A stretch of DNA of 63,771 nucleotides, counting the filler, from Octopus bimaculoides (Eukaryota): assembly GCF_001194135.2 (NCBI RefSeq). It is 7 parts of 6 records of this genome, joined end to end, with 100 filler letters (N's around TTAATTAATTAA, not from the genome) between each part and the next. Parts side by side here need not be neighbours in the genome. Positions count along the whole stretch, not along the records: positions 32,834 to 43,310 come from NC_068988.1; positions 43,411 to 53,247 come from NC_068986.1; 5 more parts are not named here. The stretch is one strand, 5' to 3'. Shown piece by piece: positions 37,638 to 50,339 of this stretch. Positions within the stretch are counted from its first letter, which is position 1; each line of letters opens with the position of its first letter. The translations under genes were made by a program, and so were the position numbers. The notes under the pieces are model-generated. The model was not told the DNA's origin. It did not search any database and saw nothing but the letters and a program-made list of their open reading frames with translations.

Positions 37638-37729
37638 GAGTGGATTATGTAAAAATTACAGCAAGTGAAAGATATCAAGTTCGTGTTTATACAAGTATAA
37701 AATCACCTACAACACAGACAGTTGTGTGA
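37638..37729 (+). CDS. Candidate terminal coding exon (G)VDYVKITASERYQVRVYTSIKSPTTQTVV*
   Basis: Acceptor TTTTATAATTTAACAG|GA. In phase with the 35201-35225 microexon (phase 1). Followed by about 1.4 kb of AT-rich, repeat-poor, 3'UTR-like sequence with AATAAA motifs. Confidence 0.3.
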
Positions 37730-39336
37730 TTTGCTCCATTTATAAAACGTTCATAGGTTGTTGTAATGCTTTTTCTCTCTCTCTTTGTCACCCACAGTGA
37801 TTTGTATTGTATTTTTACTAAGGGTATTTAATTATAGTTACAAGTTAAGAAAGAAAGAAAAATCAATTATTTTTTTCTTTTAAATAGTGTTTGTTTTCTT
37901 TCATGTCATATTTGATTCTAATTTAGTTGGCTTTTATAAATGTTCCAAGTATTAAATATGCCAACAGTCATTTAACAATTCTTGATCATACAGTTGATAA
38001 CATCTCAAAATTATTAAATTTTCAACCAATTCTTATTCTCTATGCCCTCCTCCCACCTCCCAGAACATACAGTTCAGCTAATAAGACTTTATTTACGATG
38101 TATCTGGAAGCTAATTCAGCTATAAATAATAGTTTATAATATAGTAAATAAAAAAAAAATCCTTTGATGGAAAAAAAAAGCAAGAAAGTTGGCTGTAGGA
38201 CACAAACCAGCACTTTTCTATAGCCGAGGTAGACATAGTACCAATTACACTACATCAACCCTCTAACTTCATTTTTACTTCAAATTAAATACTTTAATCT
38301 TGCGAGTGTGAAAGTTTGTTTACAGTTAGAATGCAAATGTTGTAGTGTTGAAAACTATGTAAATAAGTTTGATAATAGATACCTTGGTAAGTTACAGTAG
38401 TGCTAGAATTCTGTTAACGATCTCCAGGAACAGTGAAACCTGACTGAAGTTCTCTCCACCACTTGTCAAGGAAAACATGCTCAAATTGTGAAAAAATATA
38501 TATTGGCCAGACTGGAAATTCATTATCAGAATGAATGTGAATGCATGGGCAACAAGTTAGGAATCCTCATATCAGACCAATCCTTTTAAGCACTCAATAA
38601 ATTTCTTAATATTTTTATGTTTCACTGAAAAACTAGTACAATATTGCAAACTTTTGGAGACAGAGCTTCATTTAGAGTTCCAAAGCCAAGAAGACAGAAC
38701 TATTTTCAGAAGCCCTACAAAGGGCATGCATTTATTTTCCAAAATAAAATTATAAAAAATAAAATAATTACTTTACATATATAAAACTATATATATTCTT
38801 GTAGGAAATTGTATGAACTAATTCAATCATCTTTGTCATTGAACATTTTGGTTGATAGATCAACCCTGACATCTAAGGGTTAATTATCAACTCTGTTTAC
38901 TAAACACAACATTGCCATGTGGATGTAATTGCTATTTAAATGCGATATTTATTTAAATAGTCACTTAGATACAGTTACTCTGTAAATATTTACCTAAATG
39001 TAAATGTTATAACATAAACATTCGCTTGAGGATTGTTGAAAAATGATGAAAGTACTTGTGTAGAAATATAAACATAAAAAATATAGAAAATGTGAAGATC
39101 CAGCTATATTGGTATTTGGTTGACAAATATGTATGTTTGTGTGTTTATATATATATATATAAGAGGAAAATAAAGTAATATAATTTTAATCTTCGGATTT
39201 TTTTTTAATATGCTAGACCACTGGTTTTAATTGATTAATATCAATTTCTACCCTCATTAATAAATTTTATATCTACAAATATATATATATATATATATAC
39301 TTTATTTAAAAGCAGCAGAAATATAAAAAAAAAAAA

Positions 39337-39372
39337 GTTACTCTGAGTTTCACGTTCCCGTTCATCGGACAG
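39337..39372 (-). ncRNA. Degenerate type I minimal hammerhead-like motif
   Basis: Minus strand: UGU-CCGAUGA-ACG(GGAA)CGU-GAAAC-U(CAG)A-GUA-AC. U4C substitution in the core; stem I is only 2 bp in this copy. Confidence 0.4.
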
Positions 39373-41973
39373 CTTTGTTAGAAATGGGAAAAGAATAACA
39401 ATGCAATCAAAAGTAATATAAAATTTGAAACATAGATCTGTTTGATTGGTCACTTCAAATAACGGTCATGGATGCGTAAGGAACAAAACAAATGAATTCA
39501 ATATAGATTAATCTTCGATATTTTTTAAAAATAGGATCAATCTATATTANNNNNNNNNNNNNNNNNNNNNNNNNNNNNNNNNNNNNNNNNNNNNNNNNNN
39601 NNNNNNNNNNNNNNNNNNNNNNNNNNNNNNNNNNNNNNNNNNNNNNNNNNNNNNNNNNNNNNNNNNNNNNNNNNNNNNNNNNNNNNNNNNNNNNNNNNNN
39701 NNNNNNNNNNNNNNNNNNNNNNNNNNNNNNNNNNNNNNNNNNNNNNNNNNNNNNNNNNNNNNNNNNNNNNNNNNNNNNNNNNNNNNNNNNNNNNNNNNNN
39801 NNNNNNNNNNNNNNNNNNNNNNNNNNNNNNNNNNNNNNNNNNNNNNNNNNNNNNNNNNNNNNNNNNNNNNNNNNNNNNNNNNNNNNNNNNNNNNNNNNNN
39901 NNNNNNNNNNNNNNNNNNNNNNNNNNNNNNNNNNNNNNNNNNNNNNNNNNNNNNNNNNNNNNNNNNNNNNNNNNNNNNNNNNNNNNNNNNNNNNNNNNNN
40001 NNNNNNNNNNNNNNNNNNNNNNNNNNNNNNNNNNNNNNNNNNNNNNNNNNNNNNNNNNNNNNNNNNNNNNNNNNNNNNNNNNNNNNNNNNNNNNNNNNNN
40101 NNNNNNNNNNNNNNNNNNNNNNNNNNNNNNNNNNNNNNNNNNNNNNNNNNNNNNNNNNNNNNNNNNNNNNNNNNNNNNNNNNNNNNNNNNNNNNNNNNNN
40201 NNNNNNNNNNNNNNNNNNNNNNNNNNNNNNNNNNNNNNNNNNNNNNNNNNNNNNNNNNNNNNNNNNNNNNNNNNNNNNNNNNNNNNNNNNNNNNNNNNNN
40301 NNNNNNNNNNNNNNNNNNNNNNNNNNNNNNNNNNNNNNNNNNNNNNNNNNNNNNNNNNNNNNNNNNNNNNNNNNNNNNNNNNNNNNNNNNNNNNNNNNNN
40401 NNNNNNNNNNNNNNNNNNNNNNNNATAAGTTTCCTTTTGGCATTTGCCATTAAAAGCTAAATGGCACTGTGTAAAGAATTGGTGAACTTGCTTTTCTACA
40501 GATTCTTTTCTATTAAGCTTCAATTTGGAAACTAATCAAAAATCAAAAAAATAAAAAAAACAAGGAGAAGAAAGAAAAAGTGAGAAAAAGAGAGAGAGAG
40601 AGAGTGAGAGATAAAATAGGAGAATATGTTCTTGCCTTGACATTAAAAGCGCTAGTTTTGGTTAGGGGTGAGTGTTGGCAGCGCTTTCATTATCTACATG
40701 TTTGTTCTTGTTCTTCTTAACTCTAATGTTTTAGTAAGTTAAGCAAATTTTTATAACTTCCTGCAATCATATCATCATCATCATCACCATCATTGTCATC
40801 AACATCATCATCTGCCGTTATCATCGTTATTATACATCCATTTTTCCTGTGTTTGCATGGGTTGGACAGGTCTTACCCCACTCAGCATCCTCCCATTTGC
40901 AGAAATCCTTTTTTTTTTCCTTTCTACATTTTCTTTATGAGGTTCCGTATTTCTCAGGATTAGCTTTTGCCACTTCTTCCCAAAGAATGTTGGGAATTAT
41001 TTATAATCGATAAAATCCTGAATATTGGATTCCATTATCATCATCGTCATTGAACATCAGTTTTCTATGCTATCATAAGTTGGATGGCTTGGTCTCTATG
41101 GTTGGGTGCCCTTCCTAATGCCAAATACGCCAAGCGTGTACTAGGTGGTTTTTATGTGGCACTAACACCCACACCAATTTAAAATTATACAATAATAAAT
41201 CATTGAAGTTTTAACAATATCATAATACACTTGATTCCTATGTATTAAATTTAAATCTGATATTCCAATGCATCCACTTCAATTCCCATCTCTAATCAGC
41301 TTTCACAGTCTATTCACACTCTTCAGCATTCACTTAGCCATTCACATTCTCTTCCTTTATTCCTGGTCCTTCTTTCTCATATCTACCTTTTATCTTGTGG
41401 GTACACCTACACCATCTCTCTTTCTTTTGCTTTCCAGCTGGACAAAGTGAAAGAATACTTGTTCTTATCCCTCTATCGTAAATTCACAACCTTCAGTTCT
41501 ATACCTCATTCAATAGAGAGAGTCATGTTTGGCAAGCATTCAGGTACCTCACTAGTGCTGGTGCCACAAAAGAAAGCACCCAGTACACTCTGTAAACTGG
41601 TTGGTAATAGAAAGGGCATCCGACCATAGAAACCATGTTAAAACTGACAACTGGGCCTTGGTCATTTCTCTGGTTTGTCGATTCTTGTCGAACCATCCAG
41701 CTTGTACCATTATGGAAAAAGGGACCTCAATAGTGATGGTGATGGTGATTCTACCATTAGTAAACCGACCAAAGTTATTCCTGTTTTTGATGGAATTCTC
41801 TGTAATTTATCACATAGCTGCCATTATAGGAATTTAATTTGAAAATGACGTTGTGAAAGTCTTGGAACATCAGACTAATGGATTTAAGAAGATTATTCTA
41901 CTAAACCAAACATTAAGAACTAATAAAGAGACATGAAAGATCCGAAATTCAAAAATGTAAGAATACATGTGTG

Positions 41974-42020
<47 letters not shown>

Positions 42021-42274
42021 TTATGCACGGACTCACACACACATATAGACAAGTATATACACCCATATTCATAAATATAAAAGCATTTATATATATACAC
42101 TTACATGCATATGATATATGCAAATACATAGATGCATATAAATTTACACACATACACACACNNNNNNNNNNNNNNNNNNNNNNNNNNNNNNNNNNNNNNN
42201 NNNNNNNNNNNNNNNNNNNNNNNNNNNNNNNNNNNNNNNNNNNNNNNNNNNNNNNNNNNNNNNNNNNNNNNNNN

Positions 42275-42312
<38 letters not shown>

Positions 42313-42494
42313 CAGAAACACCTATATACTCATGCCTTTATACACAAATACACATACATATGCATTTACATGACCACATCTATATATGTATATGTATGTA
42401 TGTATATATATATATATATGTATATATATGTGTATATATATGTATACGTGTATATATATATATGTTTATGTATATATATATATATGTATATGTC

Positions 42495-42780
42495 ATTGTT
42501 TAACATCCGCCTTCCATGCTACCATGGGTTGGACGATTTGACTGACGACTGGTGAACCAGATGGCTACACCAGGCTCCATTCTGATTTGGCAGAGTTTCT
42601 AGAGCCAGATGCCCTTCCTAATGCCAAACACTCCGAGAGTGTAGTGGGTGCTTTTACGTGCCACCGGCACGGAGGCTAGTCGGGTGGCACTAGCAATGGC
42701 CACACTCAAAATGGTGTACTTTACGTGCTACCTGCACAGGAGCCAGTCCAGCAGCACTGGCAATGACCTCACTTGAACGT
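42495..42780 (-). mobile_element. RTE-tail-like retroposon copy
   Basis: TTTAACATCCGCCTTCCATGCTACCATGGGTTGGACG...GATGCCCTTCCTAATGCCAA is the reverse of 14050-14195. Confidence 0.75.
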
Positions 42781-42789
42781 TTTTTTACG

Positions 42790-42845
<56 letters not shown>

Positions 42846-43186
42846 CATATATACATTTATATATATACATGTGTATATATGCATATGCATATAGATATGT
42901 ATATATATATTCGTATATGCACATAGATACATATATATGCATATATATATATATATGTATATATATGTAATATATATGGATATGCATGTATGTGTGTGTG
43001 TATGTATATATATATATATATATATGTAGATGTATATGTATACATATATGTATATGTAGATGTATATGTATACATATATGTATATATATATGTATATGTA
43101 TACATATATGTATATATATATATGTATATGTTTACATATATGTATATATATACATATGTATATGTATATATATATGTATATATATA

Positions 43187-43310
43187 GTTGAGGGAATCCG
43201 TGGAAGAGGTAGGCCCAGGAAGACCTGGGCTGAGGTGGTGAGGCAAGACCTTCGTACATTGGGCCTCACCGAGGCGATGACTACTGACCGAGACCTTTGG
43301 AAATGTGCTG
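43187..43310 (+). mobile_element. RTE LINE ORF2 C-terminal fragment
   Basis: [41 protein letters not shown], the characteristic RTE-clade GxRxRGRPxxxW...DR..W terminus. Confidence 0.85.
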
Positions 43311-43517
43311 NNNNNNNNNNNNNNNNNNNNNNNNNNNNNNNNNNNNNNNNNNNNTTAATTAATTAANNNNNNNNNNNNNNNNNNNNNNNNNNNNNNNNNN
43401 NNNNNNNNNNATATATATAGATATATATATATATATATATATAGATGCATATATATACATGAAAATATAACTATATATTTATATATGTATGTGTATGTGT
43501 GCAAAAAAAATATGCAC

Positions 43518-43566
<49 letters not shown>

Positions 43567-44989
43567 GTCACACACACAAGCACTCATATACACGCAGACA
43601 AACACACACATGTCTTTATACACTCGCTTTATCAAAGCACCCGTTTAGATACGAACTTATTCCATATCCTTATCCGCATTCACATAGACGCCGCACCTTA
43701 CACTATGCATGCATAGTGATTGATCTATCGTCACATACGATTGCCGTTTCCTTTTGTTTGCCCTTTTGTTAGTGGCATGTCTGCCTTTCCGTCCGTGACC
43801 TCTCAGGTGGCTGTTCAATCCCGCCGGTCTGTAATAATGCACTTCCATGTGGTTTGGTCTGAACATCTCGCAACTCTACCAGATACATAGAACGATACAT
43901 ATATATATATATATATATATANNNNNNNNNNNNNNNNNNNNNNNNNNNNNNNNNNNNNNNNNNNNNNNNNNNNNNNNNNNNNNNNNNNNNNNNNNNNNNN
44001 NNNNNNNNNNNNNNNNNNNNNNNNNNNNNNNNNNNNNNNNNNNNNNNNNNNNNNNNNNNNNNNNNNNNNNNNNNNNNNNNNNNNNNNNNNNNNNNNNNNN
44101 NNNNNNNNNNNNNNNNNNNNNNNNNNNNNNNNNNNNNNNNNNNNNNNNNNNNNNNNNNNNNNNNNNNNNNNNNNNNNNNNNNNNNNNNNNNNNNNNNNNN
44201 NNNNNNNNNNNNNNNNNNNNNNNNNNNNNNNNNNNNNNNNNNNNNNNNNNNNNNNNNNNNNNNNNNNNNNNNNNNNNNNNNNNNNNNNNNNNNNNNNNNN
44301 NNNNNNNNNNNNNNNNNNNNNNNNNNNNNNNNNNNNNNNNNNNNNNNNNNNNNNNNNNNNNNNNNNNNNNNNNNNNNNNNNNNNNNNNNNNNNNNNNNNN
44401 NNNNNNNNNNNNNNNNNNNNNNNNNNNNNNNNNNNNNNNNNNNNNNNNNNNNNNNNNNNNNNNNNNNNNNNNNNNNNNNNNNNNNNNNNNNNNNNNNNNN
44501 NNNNNNNNNNNNNNNNNNNNNNNNNNNNNNNNNNNNNNNNNNNNNNNNNNNNNNNNNNNNNNNNNNNNNNNNNNNNNNNNNNNNNNNNNNNNNNNNNNNN
44601 NNNNNNNNNNNNNNNNNNNNNNNNNNNNNNNNNNNNNNNNNNNNNNNNNNNNNNNNNNNNNNNNNNNNNNNNNNNNNNNNNNNNNNNNNNNNNNNNNNNN
44701 NNNNNNNNNNNNNNNNNNNNNNNNNNNNNNNNNNNNNNNNNNNNNNNNNNNNNNNNNNNNNNNNNNNNNNNNNNNNNNATGTGTGTGTGTGTGTAATCAA
44801 CCTCCTGTCAATATATATGTATATATATATACATATATATATTGACAAGTAGTTGATTATATGGCCGTAATAGAATGATCTATGGTTTTGTATCTACAAA
44901 GTGCTCAGCCCTATAGACGCCTTTGTCAGACTCCAATGGCCGCAGGTTTATATCTTTTAGAGTGTGCTTCGATATATGATCCACTGACG

Positions 44990-45038
<49 letters not shown>

Positions 45039-45584
45039 TGTGTGTGATTATAAAGAACGTTTCTGTTTATCATTTTTGTTTCCTGTGTGTAGCGACTATA
45101 TTCAGACACGTCGCTATCATACCAAATAATGTCAAAGGAGACGGAAACTGAATTTGAAAAATGTAGCAATATTTTAAATATAAACACAATTTATAAACTC
45201 AACATGAATTTGCCTCGAGTACTTTATTATCTCGCCGACCTAATTAGTTATTTTATCTTACACTTTCCGCCGTATACACAGTGTATATATAGCAGTTTCT
45301 TTGACACCTTCGAAGGTCTTCATTGAATTAACAGTCACATCAGTGAGACGAAATAACATTTAATCAGAAAATATTTAATTATTCAAGACGCTTCTGTTAG
45401 TTGGTAGATGCCATTAATTACAAATCAGCAACATTTCGTAAAATTTCGGAATACTTCAAGGAAACTTCTATGTCAAAATAGTATTTAACGACTGTGAAAT
45501 AATGATATAATTTTCACACTATGCACAAACGTTGTCAGATAAATTCGTTCGTTTTCCTTTTCCCCAAATTTTATTTTAATTGTT

Positions 45585-45881
45585 AAGCTTACATGCCAAC
45601 AGAATGCGGCAAACTTATAAAGGACGTTTTTACTGCAGTTTTAGCTCCAAGAAAACATGTTTTCTAGCTGGTAATCGACACAAAGTTTGTGTCCGTATAG
45701 CATTTCCAAGGGAGGTCATCGCTCCCATCGTATCCTTACGTGATACACTCACGTAAGTCTAGAGATGGGAGGGATGACCTCCCTTGCAAATGCTATTCGA
45801 TAGCCAGCTGGAAACGATGTTGTCCTGAGGCTAAAACATCATCCTTTACAGGAATGCCACATTCTGTTGGCAGATAAGCTT
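45585..45881. mobile_element. About 300-bp foldback (palindromic) element
   Basis: Nested inverted matches: 45585-45611 with 45855-45881; 45697-45729 with 45764-45796 (31/33); CTTACGTGA/TCACGTAAG around a 5-nt loop. Confidence 0.85.
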
Positions 45882-46555
45882 TACTATTTGGTACTGTTAC
45901 TGTATATCTCTCGCTTAGAAATTTAAGACACAACTGTTTTGCTTTATTTTAATACTTTCCAGTGTTATTTGATTTAAAATGAAAAAAAATATTTCAAGTA
46001 TTTTCATCGTGCTGTTTTCTGATTTGTTGTAGCTCTATTTATTTTCTGTAGTTTGATTTTATAATGTTTGAAAGCTGAATGAATTTCTCATATATATATA
46101 TGATGATAAACTGCCATGAAGAAAACACTAACGAATTTAGCCGAGAACTCAAAATGACAGAAAGATGGTTTAAGGAAAGATTGTGAGAAGTAGACATGGG
46201 CATATTATATTTCATTGACACGGACAGAGGTCACCGCCATTTACCATTACCAACACGGTCACTACTACTACTACTACAACCAACAAAAAATGCTCCCACG
46301 TGGACTATGCTGACACCAGTAAGGAACAATTATGAACTTTTCATTTAATTTCATTTTTTAAAAATATGTATTTTTGATAAGGTTCGTTTTTTCAAGAACC
46401 GAAACATGTTTAAAATATCTCTGACAAAATTATAAATTAAAATTCATTTTTTATATATTGGCGTTTTCATACTTCTTTTTTATAAATATATACCCACTCG
46501 TATGCCNNNNNNNNNNNNNNNNNNNNNNNNNNNNNNNNNNNNNNNNNNNNNNNNN

Positions 46556-46590
<35 letters not shown>

Positions 46591-47771
46591 GTGTATGATG
46601 AACAAATCGATCTCAGTACTTATATATTTTTTTAATCTTATTCTCTGTGCCTTTTCTGTCGAGCGCTAAATTATGGGAACCTATACACATTAAAACAGGT
46701 TATTAAGTGAAATTGGGTGCACACAGATACAAAGACACACACACACACAGATAGAAACACACATGCATATTTAATATATAGTATTTATAGTTAATTGAGT
46801 AACTTGAATAGAATTTTGGGTGAGCTTGAGTACATTACTGCGATTCATGAGACTTATACCCCGAAGCAGGTCTTTTGAACTCCTTATATTTCCTGTTTAA
46901 AAAAACATTCGCTTTTTAGCCGAACACTTGTATAGCTGTTTCGTGTTGTATAGTATTTTACATTCTTCTTTGAATTTAGTTCAGCAAAGGTGTCAGACTG
47001 TCTGGTAATTGTATTGGACAATATTGGCTTCAACTTTTTGACAGGGCAGTGCCTGATCTTCTTGCGCAAACCACTTCATTTTGTATTGCTCCACTGAGTA
47101 ACCCTGCAACTCTCTGGCATCATGTTCAGGACGAATGTTGTGATCTCGGTCACTTTGAGTCATAAGATTCGAAACACTGCTATCCATGGCTCAATGGTGA
47201 GGGCGATGATAGCATTCTTCCATTCCAGTAACCGAAGCTCTGTACTCTACATTTATATCCTTCAACACAGTGAAAAATCAGTGAAAAATCACTGCCTGTT
47301 AAAATATATTAAATGACGATGTCTCATCCAACAGTCTTACAGACTTATCATCTTCCACAATCTCTGCTTCAATGCTCTCTCAGCTTCTGCATACATATAT
47401 TTGCAGACAGTTTACAAGAAAATATAATATTCCGATGAATACACTCTACTGTGATTATATTTGCTAAAATATGCATAAAAACATATCTTGGTAGTTGATA
47501 TTTTCGATTATATACATCACAAGTCTTAACTGCTACTTTATTTTATCGACCCAGGAAGAATGAATAGAAAGTTAACAGCGATGTTCAAGTAATTTTGGCC
47601 TCCACATTTATCTATTATATTAGGCCAGCATCTTCAACACCTCCACTAATATGTTAATGATTTTTGATATATGCACAAGGTCGACATATAAGGGAAGTGC
47701 TTCGTAATATATATATGTAGGTAATATAATACACATTTTCATAGTCACTTTCTCTCCCCTCCCTCTCCCTC

Positions 47772-47816
<45 letters not shown>

Positions 47817-48278
47817 NNNNNNNNNNNNNNNNNNNNNNNNNNNNNNNNNNNNNNNNNNNNNNNNNNNNNNNNNNNNNNNNNNNNNNNNNNNNNNNNNNNN
47901 NNNNNNNNNNNNNNNNNNNNNNNNNNNNNNNNNNNNNNNNNNNNNNNNNNNNNNNNNNNNNNNNNNNNNNNNNNNNNNNNNNNNNNNNNNNNNNNNNNNN
48001 NNNNNNNNNNNNNNNNNNNNNNNNNNNNNNNNNNNNNNNNNNNNNNNNNNNNNNNNNNNNNNNNNNNNNNNNNNNNNNNNNNNNNNNNNNNNNNNNNNNN
48101 NNNNNNNNNNNNNNNNNNNNNNNNNNNNNNNNNNNNNNNNNNNNNNNNNNNNNNNNNNNNNNNNNNNNNNNNNNNNNNNNNNNNNNNNNNNNNNNNNNNN
48201 NNNNNNNNNNNNNNNNNNNNNNNNNNNNNNNNNNNNNNNNNNNNNNNNNNNNNNNNNNNNNNNNNNNNNNNNNNNNNN

Positions 48279-48329
<51 letters not shown>

Positions 48330-48900
48330 CATACATACATATATATGTATACACACACACACAAACACACACGCACACACACAGACAAACACACACATAC
48401 ATATTTTCCTTTGAACTTGTACCTATTTTTATTTATCATTCATCTTTTCTCTCACCTATTGCACCGTTTTCTTCACTGTTTCCACCATTTTTTTCTCCTT
48501 TCATGACTCCCTCTTTTCATCTACACCCCATTCTCTCCCCACTCTACACTCACTCACACCCCGCCAATACCCTGCTTCTTCTACCGCTCACACACTCCAT
48601 CCCCATGCATCCATTTTTCCCCCTCTCTTTCTCACTCCTCCACACGGAACTGCATTCCCACATGGTTCGTAAAATTCGGATATGATACAATACACACCTA
48701 CAGGTTTTCCATCACCTGACTAATTATCTGTTGCATGAAATCCGTGTTTTTAATCACTTCAGCTCTTCAGGTGAGAGAAAGCAGGAGAGTGAGAGTGACA
48801 GAAAGAGCCGAGAGAGAAAGATAAAGAGAGAATTCGTTAAGCAAAAGATGGTATAACTGCAAGGCAAAGACTGAGAAACGGTCTCACATAAATATATATT

Positions 48901-49107
48901 ACAGTTCTATATTTCTGACATGAGGAATTATGTACATTGTTTACATTATTTACATTTGATGGATATTTGTCCTCATCTTGTTTGTTGTTAACACAACGTT
49001 TCGGCTGTTATACCCTCCAGCCTTCATCAGGTGTATTGGGGGAAATTTCGAATCCCTGGTGTCATTATTACTAATCCCAAGATTCCGAGTTCGATTCCAG
49101 GCAGTGA

Positions 49108-49156
<49 letters not shown>

Positions 49157-49340
49157 TATAATTATAATAATAATAGAATTAATAATGTCGAAAAATACCT
49201 TAGGAATAAGAATCCAGGTTCGAAATTTCGCCAAGACACCTGATGAAGGCTGGAGGGTATATCAGACCAAACGTTGTGTTAACAACAAACAAGATGAGGA
49301 CAAATTGCAATCAAATGTAAATAATGTAAATAACGTAAAT
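48901..49340. mobile_element. Palindromic chimeric element: inverted hammerhead-bearing tail, partial tRNA head, (AAT)n, hammerhead-bearing tail
   Basis: The left arm (about 48940-49055) is the reverse complement of the right arm (about 49215-49330). 49071-49110 contains the B box GAGTTCGATTCC. Second copy at 57693-57995. Confidence 0.85.
48991..49034 (-). ncRNA. Type I minimal (dimer-type) hammerhead ribozyme candidate with intact core
   Basis: Minus strand: ACAC-CUGAUGA-A-GGCUG(GAGGGUAUAA)CAGCC-GAAAC-GUU-GUGU. Stem I 4 bp, stem II 5 bp, loopless palindromic ACGU stem III. Predicted cleavage after GUU, between 48995 and 48994. Confidence 0.65.
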
Positions 49341-50280
49341 ATATATAAGTCTTAATGTTTACAGGAATAAGAATTTCGAGAAGGAGTCGCATTGGCTTGT
49401 GAGGGAGGTAATATAAAGTGGACTGAATTTAATTCATAATATATATTGCCTTTAGTTTGTACAGCTGTTGTATTTCGAAAGAAGAGGGGTGCTGGTGCTA
49501 ATTTGTGAAAATATTCACTGCTAACTATTACGTGATGCAAAAAGTTATCAAGGAAGATGTTTGTCGGTTTCCGTAGCATATATATTTGCCGTGGATGGGA
49601 CGCCAGTCTGTCAAAGGATTACTCATTTTTGCCAGCCGAGTGGCATTGAGCAACGTGAAATGAAGTGTTTTGCTCAAGAACGCAACGCATCGCCCGTCCC
49701 ACAATCTTACGAAACCACAACATTACGAGTTGAGTCCAACACACTAACTACTAAATCGTGGGCCTCTACGCATCGTTTCGGAGAATTCCTCTCGACCGTC
49801 TTTCAGCGCACCTCTTCTCTGATGTGAGACCCTGCTTATTGAGCCAACTGAGTTGTATTCGATCTTGTATACCCTCCATATCTCGGTCGGTAACTAAATG
49901 TCTCATACTGAGTTAACAATTCTACCAGCAATTGACCGCGCTAACAATAACACACACTGAAGCGAGAATGTGTCCGATTTACAAGTCTATGTCCCATAAG
50001 AGGAAAGTGTACGGATGGTAAGTAGAACATCTATTTTGAATGCAATATCAATATGATGCAATTTACAGAGAATTGAGGCTGCGTTAATAAAGTAAAAAGG
50101 AAAAATAAATGAATAGAAGACGAAAGACGAACAATTCTTCTAATGTAATAGAAAAACATCAAAGAAATTGGTAACAGATATAAAAGTTCTTCCCTGCTCC
50201 ATCTTACCTTTCCTCCTCTTACCATTTATAAGTTGTACATTCCATTTCATTCTGTCTCTCTTTCTCTTTGTCGCTTTCTT

Positions 50281-50339
<59 letters not shown>

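Noticed and set aside
40459-40482. AATGGCACTG resembling the miR-183/263 5' end
   Set aside because: The similarity stops after 10 nt, and no good precursor hairpin forms.
43765-43890. Strong polypyrimidine acceptor followed by short open frames
   Set aside because: No matching donor or homology, and it runs into (AT)n and a gap.
49929-50017. 89-nt open block ending in ATG|GTAAGT
   Set aside because: Weak acceptor and an unrecognised peptide; a lone good donor is expected by chance in this much sequence.
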